A stretch of 64,000 nucleotides of DNA from Candidatus Cloacimonadales bacterium (GCA_963665815.1 OY762463.1:1152001-1216000); one strand, 5' to 3'. Counted from the first letter of the stretch, positions 30,001 through 39,769 are shown. Translations and numbers: made by a program. The notes: generated from the letters alone by a model not told the origin.

Positions 30001-30196
30001 TTTCGTATCCGTCATATCTGTTCAACCCGTTTCTTGTTCCAAACCACAGATAACCCTTGTTATCCTGATGAACAGAACTAACAATATTCTGACTCAGCCC
30101 GTCTGATGTATTCAATTGGTGAAAATTAATATTCTCCAATGAAATCAGACAGATACTTGACAGCAGCAGAAAAACTGCAATAATACCTTTCAACAT
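27041..30196 (-). CDS. sensor with two-component-regulator beta-propellers, Y_Y_Y domain, TM helix, PAS and HisKA, but no HATPase domain
   Basis: GLSQN.V..QD.KGYLWFGT.NGLNRYDG repeats; YTNLKPGRY.F.VKASNSDG.W; ANHELNQPL about 60 aa from the stop. Confidence 0.85.
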   Translation of the reverse strand: MLKGIIAVFLLLSSICLISLENINFHQLNTSDGLSQNIVSSVHQDNKGYLWFGTRNGLNRYDGYEIKVFRKINGDVTSLNSNYVVCIFEDKYNTLWVRTKGAVHRYDPYKENFTRFYVKGEPVEDLELTIKDFYKQVSTFPFHLSKVDDVFVMYDRTKDNLYRARCKFREFEYDSIDNYYIDSNNVLWMVIINGKDEKIIKYDPENNEIDAIEVTEGIHVISMTDDSKGNLWISTWESGLWKMNKEKKKLEQIRYLGKGKSRIDISKEIILSVFVDDEDNVWFTIWGHGLGCINEETGISTNYTHKNGIVNSLAHNVTSYVYQDNTRNIWIGTYGNGLSFFNPDHQAIQHYYNLYYDDTSLSNNSVYALTETYDGKLWIGTDGGGINIMDRDTGNFKKITKNSKGLKITSNTVVAFLEDSKKRLWIGEWFGNINIYDQKTKTIHVCDGSSKIYPECDEKVVRVIYEDSQNRIWIGGENKGLTVFYPETNQFYYFADEDNKIIKEMGIVYDIVEDDRRDIWIGTERGLIRYNHNLAKFEKYSNDPDDPKSLSEDFIWTLYYKDDCIWIGTNGGGLNKFNIRNKSFTRLKDIGLPTDVVYGIVELDDYLWLSSTNGIIRYDLSNNSFAVFDEEKGLQGKEFNQGAYGITSKQELIFGGQNGFNIIAHNKLKVDNREPQVLITGFYANGERVPISDPSKEIFEFPHSVKSLKIEFAALDFTFQDKNQYAYKLLNFNENWVKVNANQRYAQYTNLKPGRYSFQVKASNSDGIWNENGTSLVFKIASPIWLTWWFKLIYIVLLVLIVQLILYIKTKVLKAQTRKLEHMVALRNDEAKQHVEKLTAIFNNAVAGIVILNKDNTVQFCNKYLGIMLNKEDKKLIGSKFTEHCLDESCRDLQQELDDLKSGLKTEFHLQLKFIREGQGDFWVNLSCSAIKDRFNNIDSILAILIDIDARKASEEKIIQLERKSSALAMAVTANHELNQPLMVLQANLEMLLISFDLDDKTPKQSRYLNRIYDSLKKMQDILFSYKSSSDIDFHHFTDTNDEVTQEESED

Positions 30197-30213
30197 AAAA
30201 CCTCTTTAATGTT

Positions 30214-30906
30214 TCATATTTCTATTTTTGCATTGAACTCAATAATTGTCAATTTTGATTTACTCTGTAAGAACTGTTTTTTCAATTCATTCATGTCAAT
30301 TCTGACTAAATCGAATGTATTATAATGCATGGGAATGACATTATCTACAGACAGTAACTCTGCAGCGACAACAGCATCTTTAATACCCATAGTAAAATTA
30401 TCCCCAACAGGAAGCAAAGCATAATCAATGTTCTCCATATCTCCATACAGCTTCATATCACTGAATAAAGCAGTATCTCCGGCATGATAAACAGTCGTTC
30501 CATCAAGCGTCAAAATATACCCGCAAGGATTACCAGTATAGTGTACAAATCCTGTCTCAGGGTCAGTCAAAGAGGAACTATGCTGTGCATAAACCATTTT
30601 TACTCGACCGAAAGGAAATTCATAACTTCCGCCTATCTGCATAGGATGATTTCTTATATCATATTTTCCAATCAAGGCTGCAAGTTCAAATGGAGCAATA
30701 ACTGTACATTTCCCATCTTTTGCAAGTTCAAACGTATCACCAACATGATCTCCATGACCGTGAGTAAGTAAAATATAGTCAGGCTTAATTGCATCATAAA
30801 GTAAAGTATCAAAATGTGGATTGTGCTTTAGAAAAGGATCTATAAGGATTGTAAAATCTTTGGTTTCAATCATAAAAGCAGAATGTCCGAAATAAGTTAA
30901 AAACAT
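30214..30906 (-). CDS. UPF0173 metal-dependent hydrolase (MBL fold)
   Basis: GHSAF, IDPF, THGHGDH.GD, YHAGDT, LPVGDNFTMG, IPMHYNTF. Confidence 0.92.
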   Translation of the reverse strand: MFLTYFGHSAFMIETKDFTILIDPFLKHNPHFDTLLYDAIKPDYILLTHGHGDHVGDTFELAKDGKCTVIAPFELAALIGKYDIRNHPMQIGGSYEFPFGRVKMVYAQHSSSLTDPETGFVHYTGNPCGYILTLDGTTVYHAGDTALFSDMKLYGDMENIDYALLPVGDNFTMGIKDAVVAAELLSVDNVIPMHYNTFDLVRIDMNELKKQFLQSKSKLTIIEFNAKIEI

Positions 30907-30977
30907 ATTATCTATCTCCGATAAAACATAATTTGACATTTATATCATCTTTACCATGTTTTATTCAGGAGATTTAT

Positions 30978-32330
30978 ATGCAAGAAAATAAAATTGTGAA
31001 CATCATTCCTTATCCTCAAGAAGTAACTTTCAAGACAGGGTATAACTGTAATTTTACTACTGAATTCAACCGAGATGAATCACTTCCTGATGATCATTTC
31101 CGCATTGTTGTACATAAACAAAATATTGCGATTAACTACAACAACAAAAGATCAATGATATATGCAAACCAGATTATTAAACAATTAAAGAAAGAAAATA
31201 ATTCAATCCCATGTATGGAAATTTATGACTACCCTAAGTACACTTGGCGAGGAATGCATCTTGATGTAAGCCGTCATTTCTTCGATGTTGGTTTTGTAAT
31301 GCAATACATTGATGTGCTCTCCTACTATAGACTGAACTACTTTCACCTTCACCTGACAGACGATCAGGGATGGAGAATAGAAATCGATAAATATCCGGAA
31401 CTGACAAAGCACGGAGCATATAGAATAGATGAAAGCGGGGAGACTTACGGTGGTTTCTTCACAAAAAATGATTTAAAAAAAATCATTGAATATGCTGCAG
31501 AAAAGGGTATTGAAGTAGTTCCGGAGATTGATATGCCGGGACATATGCAGGCAGCAGTATCAACCTATAACTACCTGTCCTGTAAAGATGAAGAAACACA
31601 TGTCTGGAGTAAATGGGGAGTATCAGAAAACGTACTATGTCCAGGTAAAAAAACTACTTATGAGTTTGCATATAATGTTCTTGATGAGATAATAGATCTC
31701 TTCCCGTCAAGATTCATACATATAGGTGGAGATGAATGCCCAAAGGAAAACTGGAAGCACTGCAGTAAATGTCAGAAAGTGATTAGGGACAAAAATCTTA
31801 AAGACGAGAATGAATTACAAGCTCACTTCATCAAAGATATATGCGGCTACCTTCATGGAAAAGGAAAGATTGCATTAGGTTGGGATGAAATTCTTGAAGG
31901 TGATTTACAGACAGAAGCCTGGATTATGGCGTGGAGAAATGAAGGTGCGGTAAAGAATGCTCTGGAGAAAGGCTTCAAGACGATTGTAACTCCCAACAAT
32001 ACACTGTATTTTGACTGGAAGCAAACTGCTGAGGAAGGAGAGAAAGGTGGTTTTGGGGTTATCAATACTAAAAAAGTATATACTTTCGATCCGAATCCTG
32101 ACAATAGTAATCTCATTGCAGGAGCACAGGCTAATCTCTGGACTGAACTTATTCCAACTCCAGAAAGAGCATTCTATATGCTGTTCCCAAGGGTTGCAGC
32201 CCTTGCAGAAATGACCTGGGGAACCAATAATCACTGGAATTCCTTCTTAAAAAGACTTCCTTATGCACTTCCTGAAATATTTACTGAATCAGAGATAACT
32301 GATATTTGTATTAGGGCTAAATCGAAATAA
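30978..32330 (+). CDS. GH20 beta-N-acetylhexosaminidase (no obvious signal peptide)
   Basis: WRGMHLDVSRHFF, HLHLTDDQGWRIEI, PEIDMPGH, HIGGDE, GWDE, NLWTE. Confidence 0.93.
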   Translation: MQENKIVNIIPYPQEVTFKTGYNCNFTTEFNRDESLPDDHFRIVVHKQNIAINYNNKRSMIYANQIIKQLKKENNSIPCMEIYDYPKYTWRGMHLDVSRHFFDVGFVMQYIDVLSYYRLNYFHLHLTDDQGWRIEIDKYPELTKHGAYRIDESGETYGGFFTKNDLKKIIEYAAEKGIEVVPEIDMPGHMQAAVSTYNYLSCKDEETHVWSKWGVSENVLCPGKKTTYEFAYNVLDEIIDLFPSRFIHIGGDECPKENWKHCSKCQKVIRDKNLKDENELQAHFIKDICGYLHGKGKIALGWDEILEGDLQTEAWIMAWRNEGAVKNALEKGFKTIVTPNNTLYFDWKQTAEEGEKGGFGVINTKKVYTFDPNPDNSNLIAGAQANLWTELIPTPERAFYMLFPRVAALAEMTWGTNNHWNSFLKRLPYALPEIFTESEITDICIRAKSK

Positions 32331-32606
32331 CGATCAATAGATTTAACACTCAATCTCTTATGCAAAGCACGAAAACTGTTCTGATAAGTGGGTAACTTAA
32401 ACGGATTTTTCCCTTGCTTTTTGTCTGAATTCCTGTTTACATAAAAAATATTTTACTTGACGTTTCCAAAAAGACTTTTAACTTATTTATAGTCAGTGTA
32501 TTAAAAGTTGTTACTTCAATAAAGAACTGATTGCATTGTATATTAATTTATCAACAACAAGATAACAGCCTAACAAATGTCAATCATTAATTGACAGAGG
32601 AAAATT

Positions 32607-33365
32607 ATGAAAAAAATGCTCTTTTCATTAATATTGTTATTTTCCCTTCAGATAGTTAATGTTTTTTCCGAAGAAATAACAATTCTGGGAAATGATTATA
32701 AAATCCCAAAAATATATAAAGAAAATGGATATCCAAAGGGTATCCTTGTTGATATTGCAGAATATATAGATATGCATATGAAAAATTATTCATTCAATAT
32801 CAAATTGTATCCATGGGCAAGAGCTTACAATATGGCTGTCAATGCGGAAGGTGGAATTATAGGTTTGTCAAAAACCGAAGAGAGACTTAAAATTTTCGAT
32901 TACTCTGATGTGATTTACTTTGATGAGGTTATCATTGTTGTGATGAAAGGTAGCGAGTTCAATTTTGAAGACATTGCGGATCTGAAAGGTAAAACAATCG
33001 GTATTGGACGTGGAGGATCTTTCGGTGATGAATATGAAGAAGCAAAAAAAGAAGGGCTATTCAATGTCGAACAGGATGATGGACCTGTTATTCGTCTAAA
33101 AATGCTTTTGGACAATCGAATTGACTGTGCTCTGATAAGTCCCGGGAAATATGCATTTTATGAAACACTAAGAAAAGACAAGCATCTGATGGAAATGAAA
33201 GACGAGTTTATTATCCTGTCTAAACCTTTCAAAAGAGATCCAAATTACCTGGGATTTCCTAAAAAAATGAAAATGCAGGATTTTCTGAACGAATTCAATA
33301 ATATTTTACAGCAAGGATATGAAAACGGAGATATTCAGAAACTGATTGATAACTATACAAAGTAA
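32607..33365 (+). CDS. family 3-like extracellular solute-binding protein
   Basis: Signal peptide; GILVDI, YPWARAY, DLKGKTIG, RID. Confidence 0.8.
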   Translation: MKKMLFSLILLFSLQIVNVFSEEITILGNDYKIPKIYKENGYPKGILVDIAEYIDMHMKNYSFNIKLYPWARAYNMAVNAEGGIIGLSKTEERLKIFDYSDVIYFDEVIIVVMKGSEFNFEDIADLKGKTIGIGRGGSFGDEYEEAKKEGLFNVEQDDGPVIRLKMLLDNRIDCALISPGKYAFYETLRKDKHLMEMKDEFIILSKPFKRDPNYLGFPKKMKMQDFLNEFNNILQQGYENGDIQKLIDNYTK

Positions 33366-33440
33366 TTATCTGATTTTACTTTGAAGCAATCAATGGAGGT
33401 ACTGCTTGAACTGTAAAACAAAACAATCATACCAAAGGCG

Positions 33441-34790
33441 TCAACTTTCTCCCTCATTCAACTTCTCATACTGATAATTAAAAACTCTGTACGATAAACC
33501 AAGCAATTCTGCAGCCCTCTTTTTATTTCCCCTGGCTTTCAATATTGCCTGTGTGATATACTTGCTACGGATTTCATTCAAGACTGCTTCAAGGTCAATT
33601 TCACCATTCAGATCTATTATACACTCCAGCTCAGGTTTTACTGAAAACGAGAATGTTTCAGGGTTAATCACATCATCGGACAATACAGCTGCCCGATTAA
33701 TCTCACTTTTCAATTGTCTGATGTTCCCTGGCCAGTCAAACAGCATCAGCTTCCTTAAAGTATCATCATTTATGGCTTTATCAGGATACTTTTTCTTCAG
33801 GAAATAACGGGCAAGTTCCGGAATATCTTCTCTTCTGTCTTTAAGATCAGGGATTACCAGCTCAAAATTATTCAGTCTGTAATACAGGTCTTCCCGAAAA
33901 TCACCGTTTGTGACTTTATCTTTCAACGATTTATTTGTGGCAGAAATCACGCGGACATCCACATGCTGCGGATCAGATGACCCAATTTTATATACTTCTC
34001 CATTCTCCAGAACACGCAAGAGCTTTGCCTGAAACTCCAACGGCATCTCCCCTATCTCATCGAGAAACAATGTTCCTCCGTCTGCTTCGATGAATTTACC
34101 GTTATGATTAGTTACTGCACCGGTAAATGCTCCTTTCTCATGTCCGAAGAACTCGCTTTCAAACAAATCTTTCGGAATTGCTGCACAATTAACAGCTATA
34201 AACTTCCGGTTTCTTCTTGATGATATCTTGTGAATTGCTCTCACAATCAGCTCTTTACCCACTCCGCTCGAACCCTGTACCAGCACAGAAAGCTCTGTAT
34301 TAGCCACTTTCTCTGCCAGATTGCATGTATCTTTTATAGCTTTTGAAGATCCAATAATCTCCCTGAACGGATCGTCCTCGTATATCTGCGACTCAAGAGC
34401 ACTGAGCTTTCTGTTCAGCTCAACAACCCTGACAGCTCCATTGAGTATCGCCAGAATCTCGTTATTATCAAACGGCTTTGACACAAAATTATAAGCTCCG
34501 TCCTTCATTGCCTGAACAGCATGTTTTATCGTTCCGTGGGCAGTTATAAACACGTACTGAGCATGTTTCTGCAATACTTTCAGTTTCTGCATTGCCTCAA
34601 GGCCGTTCAGCAGAGGCATATTCATATCCAGAAGTACAACATCAAACTGGTTTTTACCGCATATCTTTATCGCTTCATTACCGGAATCTGCATCTATAAC
34701 TTCATATCCTTCTTTTTCCAGAAGCATTCTCAGTATTATCCGGATTTTCTCTTCATCATCTACAATCAGTATTCTGTTCTTTTTACTCAT
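33441..34790 (-). CDS. sigma54-dependent response regulator (NtrC family)
   Basis: REC domain; GSSGVGKEL, NCAAIP, FFGHEKGAFTGA, LFLDEIGE, FREDLYYRL, WPGNIRQL; Fis-type HTH. Confidence 0.95.
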   Translation of the reverse strand: MSKKNRILIVDDEEKIRIILRMLLEKEGYEVIDADSGNEAIKICGKNQFDVVLLDMNMPLLNGLEAMQKLKVLQKHAQYVFITAHGTIKHAVQAMKDGAYNFVSKPFDNNEILAILNGAVRVVELNRKLSALESQIYEDDPFREIIGSSKAIKDTCNLAEKVANTELSVLVQGSSGVGKELIVRAIHKISSRRNRKFIAVNCAAIPKDLFESEFFGHEKGAFTGAVTNHNGKFIEADGGTLFLDEIGEMPLEFQAKLLRVLENGEVYKIGSSDPQHVDVRVISATNKSLKDKVTNGDFREDLYYRLNNFELVIPDLKDRREDIPELARYFLKKKYPDKAINDDTLRKLMLFDWPGNIRQLKSEINRAAVLSDDVINPETFSFSVKPELECIIDLNGEIDLEAVLNEIRSKYITQAILKARGNKKRAAELLGLSYRVFNYQYEKLNEGES

Positions 34791-35941
34791 TCTTTCCTCA
34801 TGCCAATTTTAAATTTTGTGCCGACACCTTCTTTGGAGATCACACTCATACTCATATTCATTGCGTCTGCCAGATTTTTTGAGATAGCCAGTCCCAGACC
34901 TGTCCCACCTTTTTTTACAGTAAAAAACGGCTTAAAAATATTACTGACAACATTCTCCGACATTCCGCATCCGGTATCCTCCCAGTATACATGAACATCA
35001 TTACCATTGATCTCTGTATAAATCTTAATCTGTTTACGCTCACTTTCAGAAAGCGCATCAAGACTGTTATTCATCAGATTAACCATAACCTGCCTTAAAG
35101 CATTCTCATCTGCTGAGACAAACTGCTTCTCAATACTATCACTTATTTCCACCGATATTCCCAGTTTAGACAATCTCTGTTCATACAGCAGTTTTACCGA
35201 ATTGATCAGTTCATATAAATCTACTTTTTCAAGGTTTATCACTTTGGGTCTGGCATAAACCAGAACTGACTCGGCAATATCATTTACTCTGTCAACCTCG
35301 CTGATGAGGCTGTCTGACAAATTCTTCAGTTTCTCATCAGGTACACTGTCCATAATAAACTGGATGGAGCTTCTGATTGATGTTAACGGATTCTTGATCT
35401 CGTGAGCTATCATGGAGGCTATGCTTTCCACCACAGACATTTTCTCATTAATAGACTCGTTCTTCAAACGTCTCTGCTCGTGAAGCATTCTTCTGGCGTT
35501 ACCAAGAGCAATTGCAGAAAGACGGAAAACCGTCATGAGAAACTCCAGAACTTCCTTTTTGAGAACTCCCGATTCTATCATGCAAAACCCAATCAGCTCA
35601 TTGTGAGATTCCAGCGGAAAAATGTAGTCGAACTCAATGCCTGAACGGACAACTTCATCCTTATAAACATATTCATAAGCTCGTTCTCCATGATAAAGCC
35701 AGGTTGAATTGGTTTTAAGCCAGTGAACAAGTTCCGAATCAGCAGAGATTTCCTTATTCTTTTCCTGACAGATAAATCCTGTTTCCTTCAGCTCAAAGAA
35801 ACTGACCCTGGTAATATCAAAGAATTCTATGATTCTTCCCTGCATAATCCGCACAACTTTATCCGGATCTACAATAATAGAATAAGCCGAGATAAACTCA
35901 TTAATGATTTTATTGAAATCAATTTTACTTTTATTGAACAT
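34787..35941 (-). CDS. soluble GAF-like sensor histidine kinase
   Basis: IAHEIKNPL, NLMNNS, DTGCG, FKPFFT..GGTGLGL; no TM segment; start reset to the ATG at 35941 behind GGAG. Confidence 0.9.
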   Translation of the reverse strand: MFNKSKIDFNKIINEFISAYSIIVDPDKVVRIMQGRIIEFFDITRVSFFELKETGFICQEKNKEISADSELVHWLKTNSTWLYHGERAYEYVYKDEVVRSGIEFDYIFPLESHNELIGFCMIESGVLKKEVLEFLMTVFRLSAIALGNARRMLHEQRRLKNESINEKMSVVESIASMIAHEIKNPLTSIRSSIQFIMDSVPDEKLKNLSDSLISEVDRVNDIAESVLVYARPKVINLEKVDLYELINSVKLLYEQRLSKLGISVEISDSIEKQFVSADENALRQVMVNLMNNSLDALSESERKQIKIYTEINGNDVHVYWEDTGCGMSENVVSNIFKPFFTVKKGGTGLGLAISKNLADAMNMSMSVISKEGVGTKFKIGMRKE

Positions 35942-35959
35942 GCATAAACTCCATACTGC

Positions 35960-35989
35960 AATATGAAGTATCTTCAGTATTTCTGTCAA
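35960..35989 (-). promoter_or_regulatory. putative sigma70 promoter of the HK-RR operon
   Basis: TTGACA-N18-CATATT on the minus strand just upstream of the RBS. Confidence 0.5.
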
Positions 35990-36022
35990 GATAGCTTTGT
36001 GTAATAGCGGAATCGAGTCTAC

Positions 36023-36039
36023 TGCTTCTGTTATGCCAA
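36023..36039 (-). promoter_or_regulatory. possible sigma54 -24/-12 site upstream of the HK
   Basis: TTGGCATAACAGAAGCA: GG-N10-GC with a weak -12 box. Confidence 0.35.
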
Positions 36040-36211
36040 GCTCTCTGTCGTATATTACAGAAGTGAGGAGGAAGAAAAGGGGGAATTCTGTCATGTGGAA
36101 GTAGTATCATATATATATATTATTGCCTAAATGCAAAATATTAGTATAACATTATAGGTTTAATATTGATACTGGAAAAGTACTGCAGGAATGGCTAACA
36201 ACGTTTTATTA

Positions 36212-36294
36212 CCCTTCGACTCCGCTCCAGGAACTTCCAACTATTATCTTTATCAGTAGGTTAAATTGATTGAGTCCCGAATAATCGGGAAAAG
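36212..36294 (-). repeat. REP-like element A, copy 1 (inverted relative to copies 2 and 3)
   Basis: CCCTTCGACTCCGCTC...TGAGTCCCGAATAATCGGGAAAA; its reverse complement aligns with 39703-39769 and 42161-42222. Confidence 0.75.
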
Positions 36295-36329
36295 TGGCTG
36301 TATGAATATTAAATTATATTAAAGGACAC

Positions 36330-36424
36330 AGAAAACTATTGACTTATTGAGCATAATTCATTCATTTAGGTATTGATACTAAAATCCATGTAATCTGTGA
36401 GGACTGATGAAATATCGCATTTTC
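36330..36424 (+). repeat. duplicated promoter/RBS/start module, copy 1
   Basis: AGAAAAC..TTGACTTATTGAGCATAATTCATTCA....GGTATTGATACTAAAATCCATGTAATCTGTGAGGACTGATGAAAT.TCGCATTT, near-identical to 40143-40236. Confidence 0.9.
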
Positions 36425-37333
36425 CTGTTACTCCTTTTCTGCCTGTTCCTGTTCTCCTGCTCTGACAATAAAAGTAAAGTCTTGAAAATGGAGGATATAT
36501 TCAAACTGGAGTCTGCAATAGAATTAAAAGACATAGATGAAATCCCAGTTTTTACATTTACTGAATTCGGTTTTTTTGCTATGCAAACTCATTCCAGCAG
36601 AGTGTCAAAGTTTCTGAATGATGGAACTGAGGAAAAAGTGTTTGGTAAGAAGGGAAAAGGACCTGGGGAGTTTGAGTGGGGCAGATTTTTGTCTTATTCT
36701 GAAGACATTCATACACTTGGAATATATGATATTCCAAATTTTAGAACGTTGTATTTCAATGATTCGTGCGAGTTTCAGAAACATGACTCTCGTCCAATTT
36801 CCGGGATTCCATACTTCAAACTCAGGAAGAATGATATTGAAGTATTCTCATTTTCTCAATTTCCTGATAATAATGGATTTTGGAAAAATAATATTGCTGT
36901 AAATGACTCTATCATTTTAAGTAATAATGAGAAGACAGATTCACAAATACCGGAGAAGTACTATCAATACAGCTACAATTCAGGCAGAATCATAATTTTG
37001 AAACCAGATGGAACAGACTTCGCGTTATATAATTACGACTTGGAAAACAGGAAGCTGAATCGCATAGAAACAGGTTCTAATAAGCATTACACAGTTAACA
37101 TATCAAGTATCAATAACGTACACACTATTGGAAAATACATCATAATAGAAGCCAGTAACACTGAAGATCGCCTGGAATACATCTTTATGAAGCAAAAAGG
37201 CAAGTACATCGGTACAATGGAGTTTGAAGAGGATTACAAAGCGATTTACGGTGTATATAACAACCACATTTATGTTGTTGAATCTGATGACTCCGAAGAA
37301 TGGATAATAGTACACAACTATATTCTGAAGTAA
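36407..37333 (+). CDS. 6-bladed beta-propeller (NHL-like) lipoprotein 1
   Basis: Lipobox LFSC; FGKKGKGPGEF motif; beta-rich. Confidence 0.8.
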   Translation: MKYRIFLLLLFCLFLFSCSDNKSKVLKMEDIFKLESAIELKDIDEIPVFTFTEFGFFAMQTHSSRVSKFLNDGTEEKVFGKKGKGPGEFEWGRFLSYSEDIHTLGIYDIPNFRTLYFNDSCEFQKHDSRPISGIPYFKLRKNDIEVFSFSQFPDNNGFWKNNIAVNDSIILSNNEKTDSQIPEKYYQYSYNSGRIIILKPDGTDFALYNYDLENRKLNRIETGSNKHYTVNISSINNVHTIGKYIIIEASNTEDRLEYIFMKQKGKYIGTMEFEEDYKAIYGVYNNHIYVVESDDSEEWIIVHNYILK

Positions 37334-37345
37334 AATGGATCACTG

Positions 37346-38269
37346 ATGAAAGCGAAATACATTGTTCTACTATCGATATGCCTGCTGCTGTTTGCCTGTT
37401 CTGACAATAATAGCAAGGTCTTGAAAATGGAAGATATATTCAAACTGGTGAACACTGTCAAGTTAGAAGATACCGATTACTATCCACAACTTATTATTAC
37501 AGAGACTGGTTTTATTACATTTCAAGCTGACTTGAGCAAATTCACAAGATATTTAGATAATGGTGAAATTGTCAGTTCCTTTGGGAAGAAAGGAAAAGGT
37601 CCCGATGAAATAGAATTTGGAAAGAAGTATTATTATTCGAGTGATGAGGATATACTGGGAATCTTTGATGTTATGAACTACAAAATGACGTACTTTGATA
37701 AAACCGGATGTGTAGTTGAGCAGAAATCAGTTCATTTATCAGGAATACCATTTAGAGAATTAAAGATAAATGGTGTTCTCGTAAAAACACATACGAATTT
37801 CCCGAACGAAGACAATAAGTGGCAAAACACAATAACTATTAATGACTCACTAATTCTATCAAATGAGGAAACTCTTAGATCAGGGGATGTTACCGAACTG
37901 AATTATTATTTCTTCAGTTACAATAATGATAAAGTCTATATTGTGGCACCAAATCAAGGTGACTTTGATTTATATGCATACGATTTAATTAAGAAGAACT
38001 TGAAACATCTGAATGTAAAAGGTGGAAATAGTCATAAACAGATTGATATCCATAACATTATTGTAATCGGCAAATATATCATTTTGCCTGTTACCAATGA
38101 TGATGATTCCGGTAGTTGGCTTTGCTATAAGACTAATGGTAGATATGTTGGTGAATTGATTTGTGAAAATGAAAATGATTTTATAGTGAACTCAAATAGC
38201 AAGAATATGTACGTTGTTTCTACTGACAAAGAAGAAAACTATTCAGTAAAAATATACACATTGAAGTAG
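37346..38269 (+). CDS. 6-bladed beta-propeller lipoprotein 2
   Basis: Lipobox LFAC; FGKKGKGPDEI. Confidence 0.8.
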   Translation: MKAKYIVLLSICLLLFACSDNNSKVLKMEDIFKLVNTVKLEDTDYYPQLIITETGFITFQADLSKFTRYLDNGEIVSSFGKKGKGPDEIEFGKKYYYSSDEDILGIFDVMNYKMTYFDKTGCVVEQKSVHLSGIPFRELKINGVLVKTHTNFPNEDNKWQNTITINDSLILSNEETLRSGDVTELNYYFFSYNNDKVYIVAPNQGDFDLYAYDLIKKNLKHLNVKGGNSHKQIDIHNIIVIGKYIILPVTNDDDSGSWLCYKTNGRYVGELICENENDFIVNSNSKNMYVVSTDKEENYSVKIYTLK

Positions 38270-38282
38270 TAAAGGATCACTG

Positions 38283-39230
38283 ATGAAAGCTAAATACTTT
38301 AATCAATTATTACTAATATTTGTATTATGCTCATGCAATTATAGAATGCAGGAGAGGAAGCTTGCTTTTGATATAATCACAGAATTCAATCTCCCAGAAA
38401 TAATTAATCCTGATGTTTGTGCTACGAAAGATGAAATATTTGTAACAAATTTGGCAACTCAAACTGATGGAAAAATTTATACCTATAACTATCAAGGAGA
38501 TTTATTATCAGAATTTGGAGGAAAAGGTGATGGACCTGATGAGTTCACACATATTTTCAATATATTCTATGACTATAATAAAAATCTACTAGGAATATAT
38601 GATTTTTATGGATTCTGTATAAAGTACTATAATGCAAAACATGAATTGGTCATGAAAGATGTTCTTGACAAAACTATGTTTAATAAGGTTTATACGGCAG
38701 AATCAAGTCTTCAAAGTCACTTATTTCCAAAAGATAGCTCAGATAAGAAGCTATACTATTTACACGACTTACATCTGGAAAATGGAAATAAAATATCCCT
38801 TAAGGAAAAAGAGTTCTTATCAAGTGATGACTTCAGCATCTTCAAAGAATCAACAAGAATTGCTGCCAATATGGATTTCTTTTTCATCTGGGATTTAAAT
38901 GGCAATGAAACCTCTGTTGAGCAATTCGACGTGGAGGGTAATCCTGTTAAGAAATGGGATTTGAAGATGCTGCCAAGATATCTGGAAAACATTAAAAAAT
39001 ATAACAGAATACATGCAGGAGATGATTTCATTCTATACGATTTTCAGGACAATAATGATGTTCACTTCTATGACGCCTATGATTTCAAGAATAAATATCT
39101 TGGCACCATTAGAATGAGCAAGCCTGAAGACACAATCCCGTTTGTTTTTAAGGATAAGATTTTCATGCTGGAATACAATGAACAAGACGATGAAGATTTC
39201 TATGTATGTAAAATACTGAAAATGAAGTAA
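38283..39230 (+). CDS. 6-bladed beta-propeller lipoprotein 3
   Basis: Lipobox LCSC; IYTYNYQG..FGGKGDGPDEF. Confidence 0.8.
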   Translation: MKAKYFNQLLLIFVLCSCNYRMQERKLAFDIITEFNLPEIINPDVCATKDEIFVTNLATQTDGKIYTYNYQGDLLSEFGGKGDGPDEFTHIFNIFYDYNKNLLGIYDFYGFCIKYYNAKHELVMKDVLDKTMFNKVYTAESSLQSHLFPKDSSDKKLYYLHDLHLENGNKISLKEKEFLSSDDFSIFKESTRIAANMDFFFIWDLNGNETSVEQFDVEGNPVKKWDLKMLPRYLENIKKYNRIHAGDDFILYDFQDNNDVHFYDAYDFKNKYLGTIRMSKPEDTIPFVFKDKIFMLEYNEQDDEDFYVCKILKMK

Positions 39231-39249
39231 AATCAACAAGGAGACATGC

Positions 39250-39606
39250 ATGCATACACTCATAAAATTCATTGCAATGGTAATAATTCAATCATCAGTA
39301 CTTTATCTTATAACAAATAAATTGATGATGATAAGCAACAGCCCTTTCGTTAAATCTTTAATCGTAACTATTATAATAGCCGCAATTGATTCCGGAGTTG
39401 CATTATTAGTAGGAGATCCTCATGGATTTCATGCCGGAATGTTTGCAAAAATTGCGAACTATCTGACAATTATACCGGCTATTCTAACTTTCAAAATTGC
39501 TTATGATCTTACAGTGCAACAGCTGTTTTTGTTCATTGTAGGTTACAGGATTATTCTGTTTGTTGTTGGTTTTACAATCATCCCCATAACAGCAGCAATA
39601 TATTAA
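39250..39606 (+). CDS. small hypothetical membrane protein (about 4 TM)
   Basis: AAGGAG RBS; four hydrophobic segments in 118 aa. Confidence 0.7.
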   Translation: MHTLIKFIAMVIIQSSVLYLITNKLMMISNSPFVKSLIVTIIIAAIDSGVALLVGDPHGFHAGMFAKIANYLTIIPAILTFKIAYDLTVQQLFLFIVGYRIILFVVGFTIIPITAAIY

Positions 39607-39702
39607 TATAACATGATCGGTTCGGTTTTTTTGCCCTTCCACACCGTTCTCAGAGTGCAAAAAAGCAAATATTTTATAGTCAAAAGTAATTTATGACGTA
39701 GG

Positions 39703-39769
39703 TTTTCCCGATTCTTCGGGACTCAACCGACTTAACGTATTGATAGATATTGATATGATCGTTCCCTGA
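39703..39769 (+). repeat. REP-like element A, copy 2
   Basis: TCCCGATTCTTCGGGA hairpin plus a 48-nt core that is 47/48 identical to 42161-42208. Confidence 0.85.

Noticed and set aside
35942-36094. 51-aa N-terminal extension of the histidine kinase in the ORF track
   Set aside because: A GGAG RBS precedes the ATG at 35941 and the extension overlaps promoter-like motifs.
36108-36121. (AT)n tract as a phase-variation switch
   Set aside because: Short, in AT-rich intergenic DNA, and not within an identified promoter spacer or CDS.
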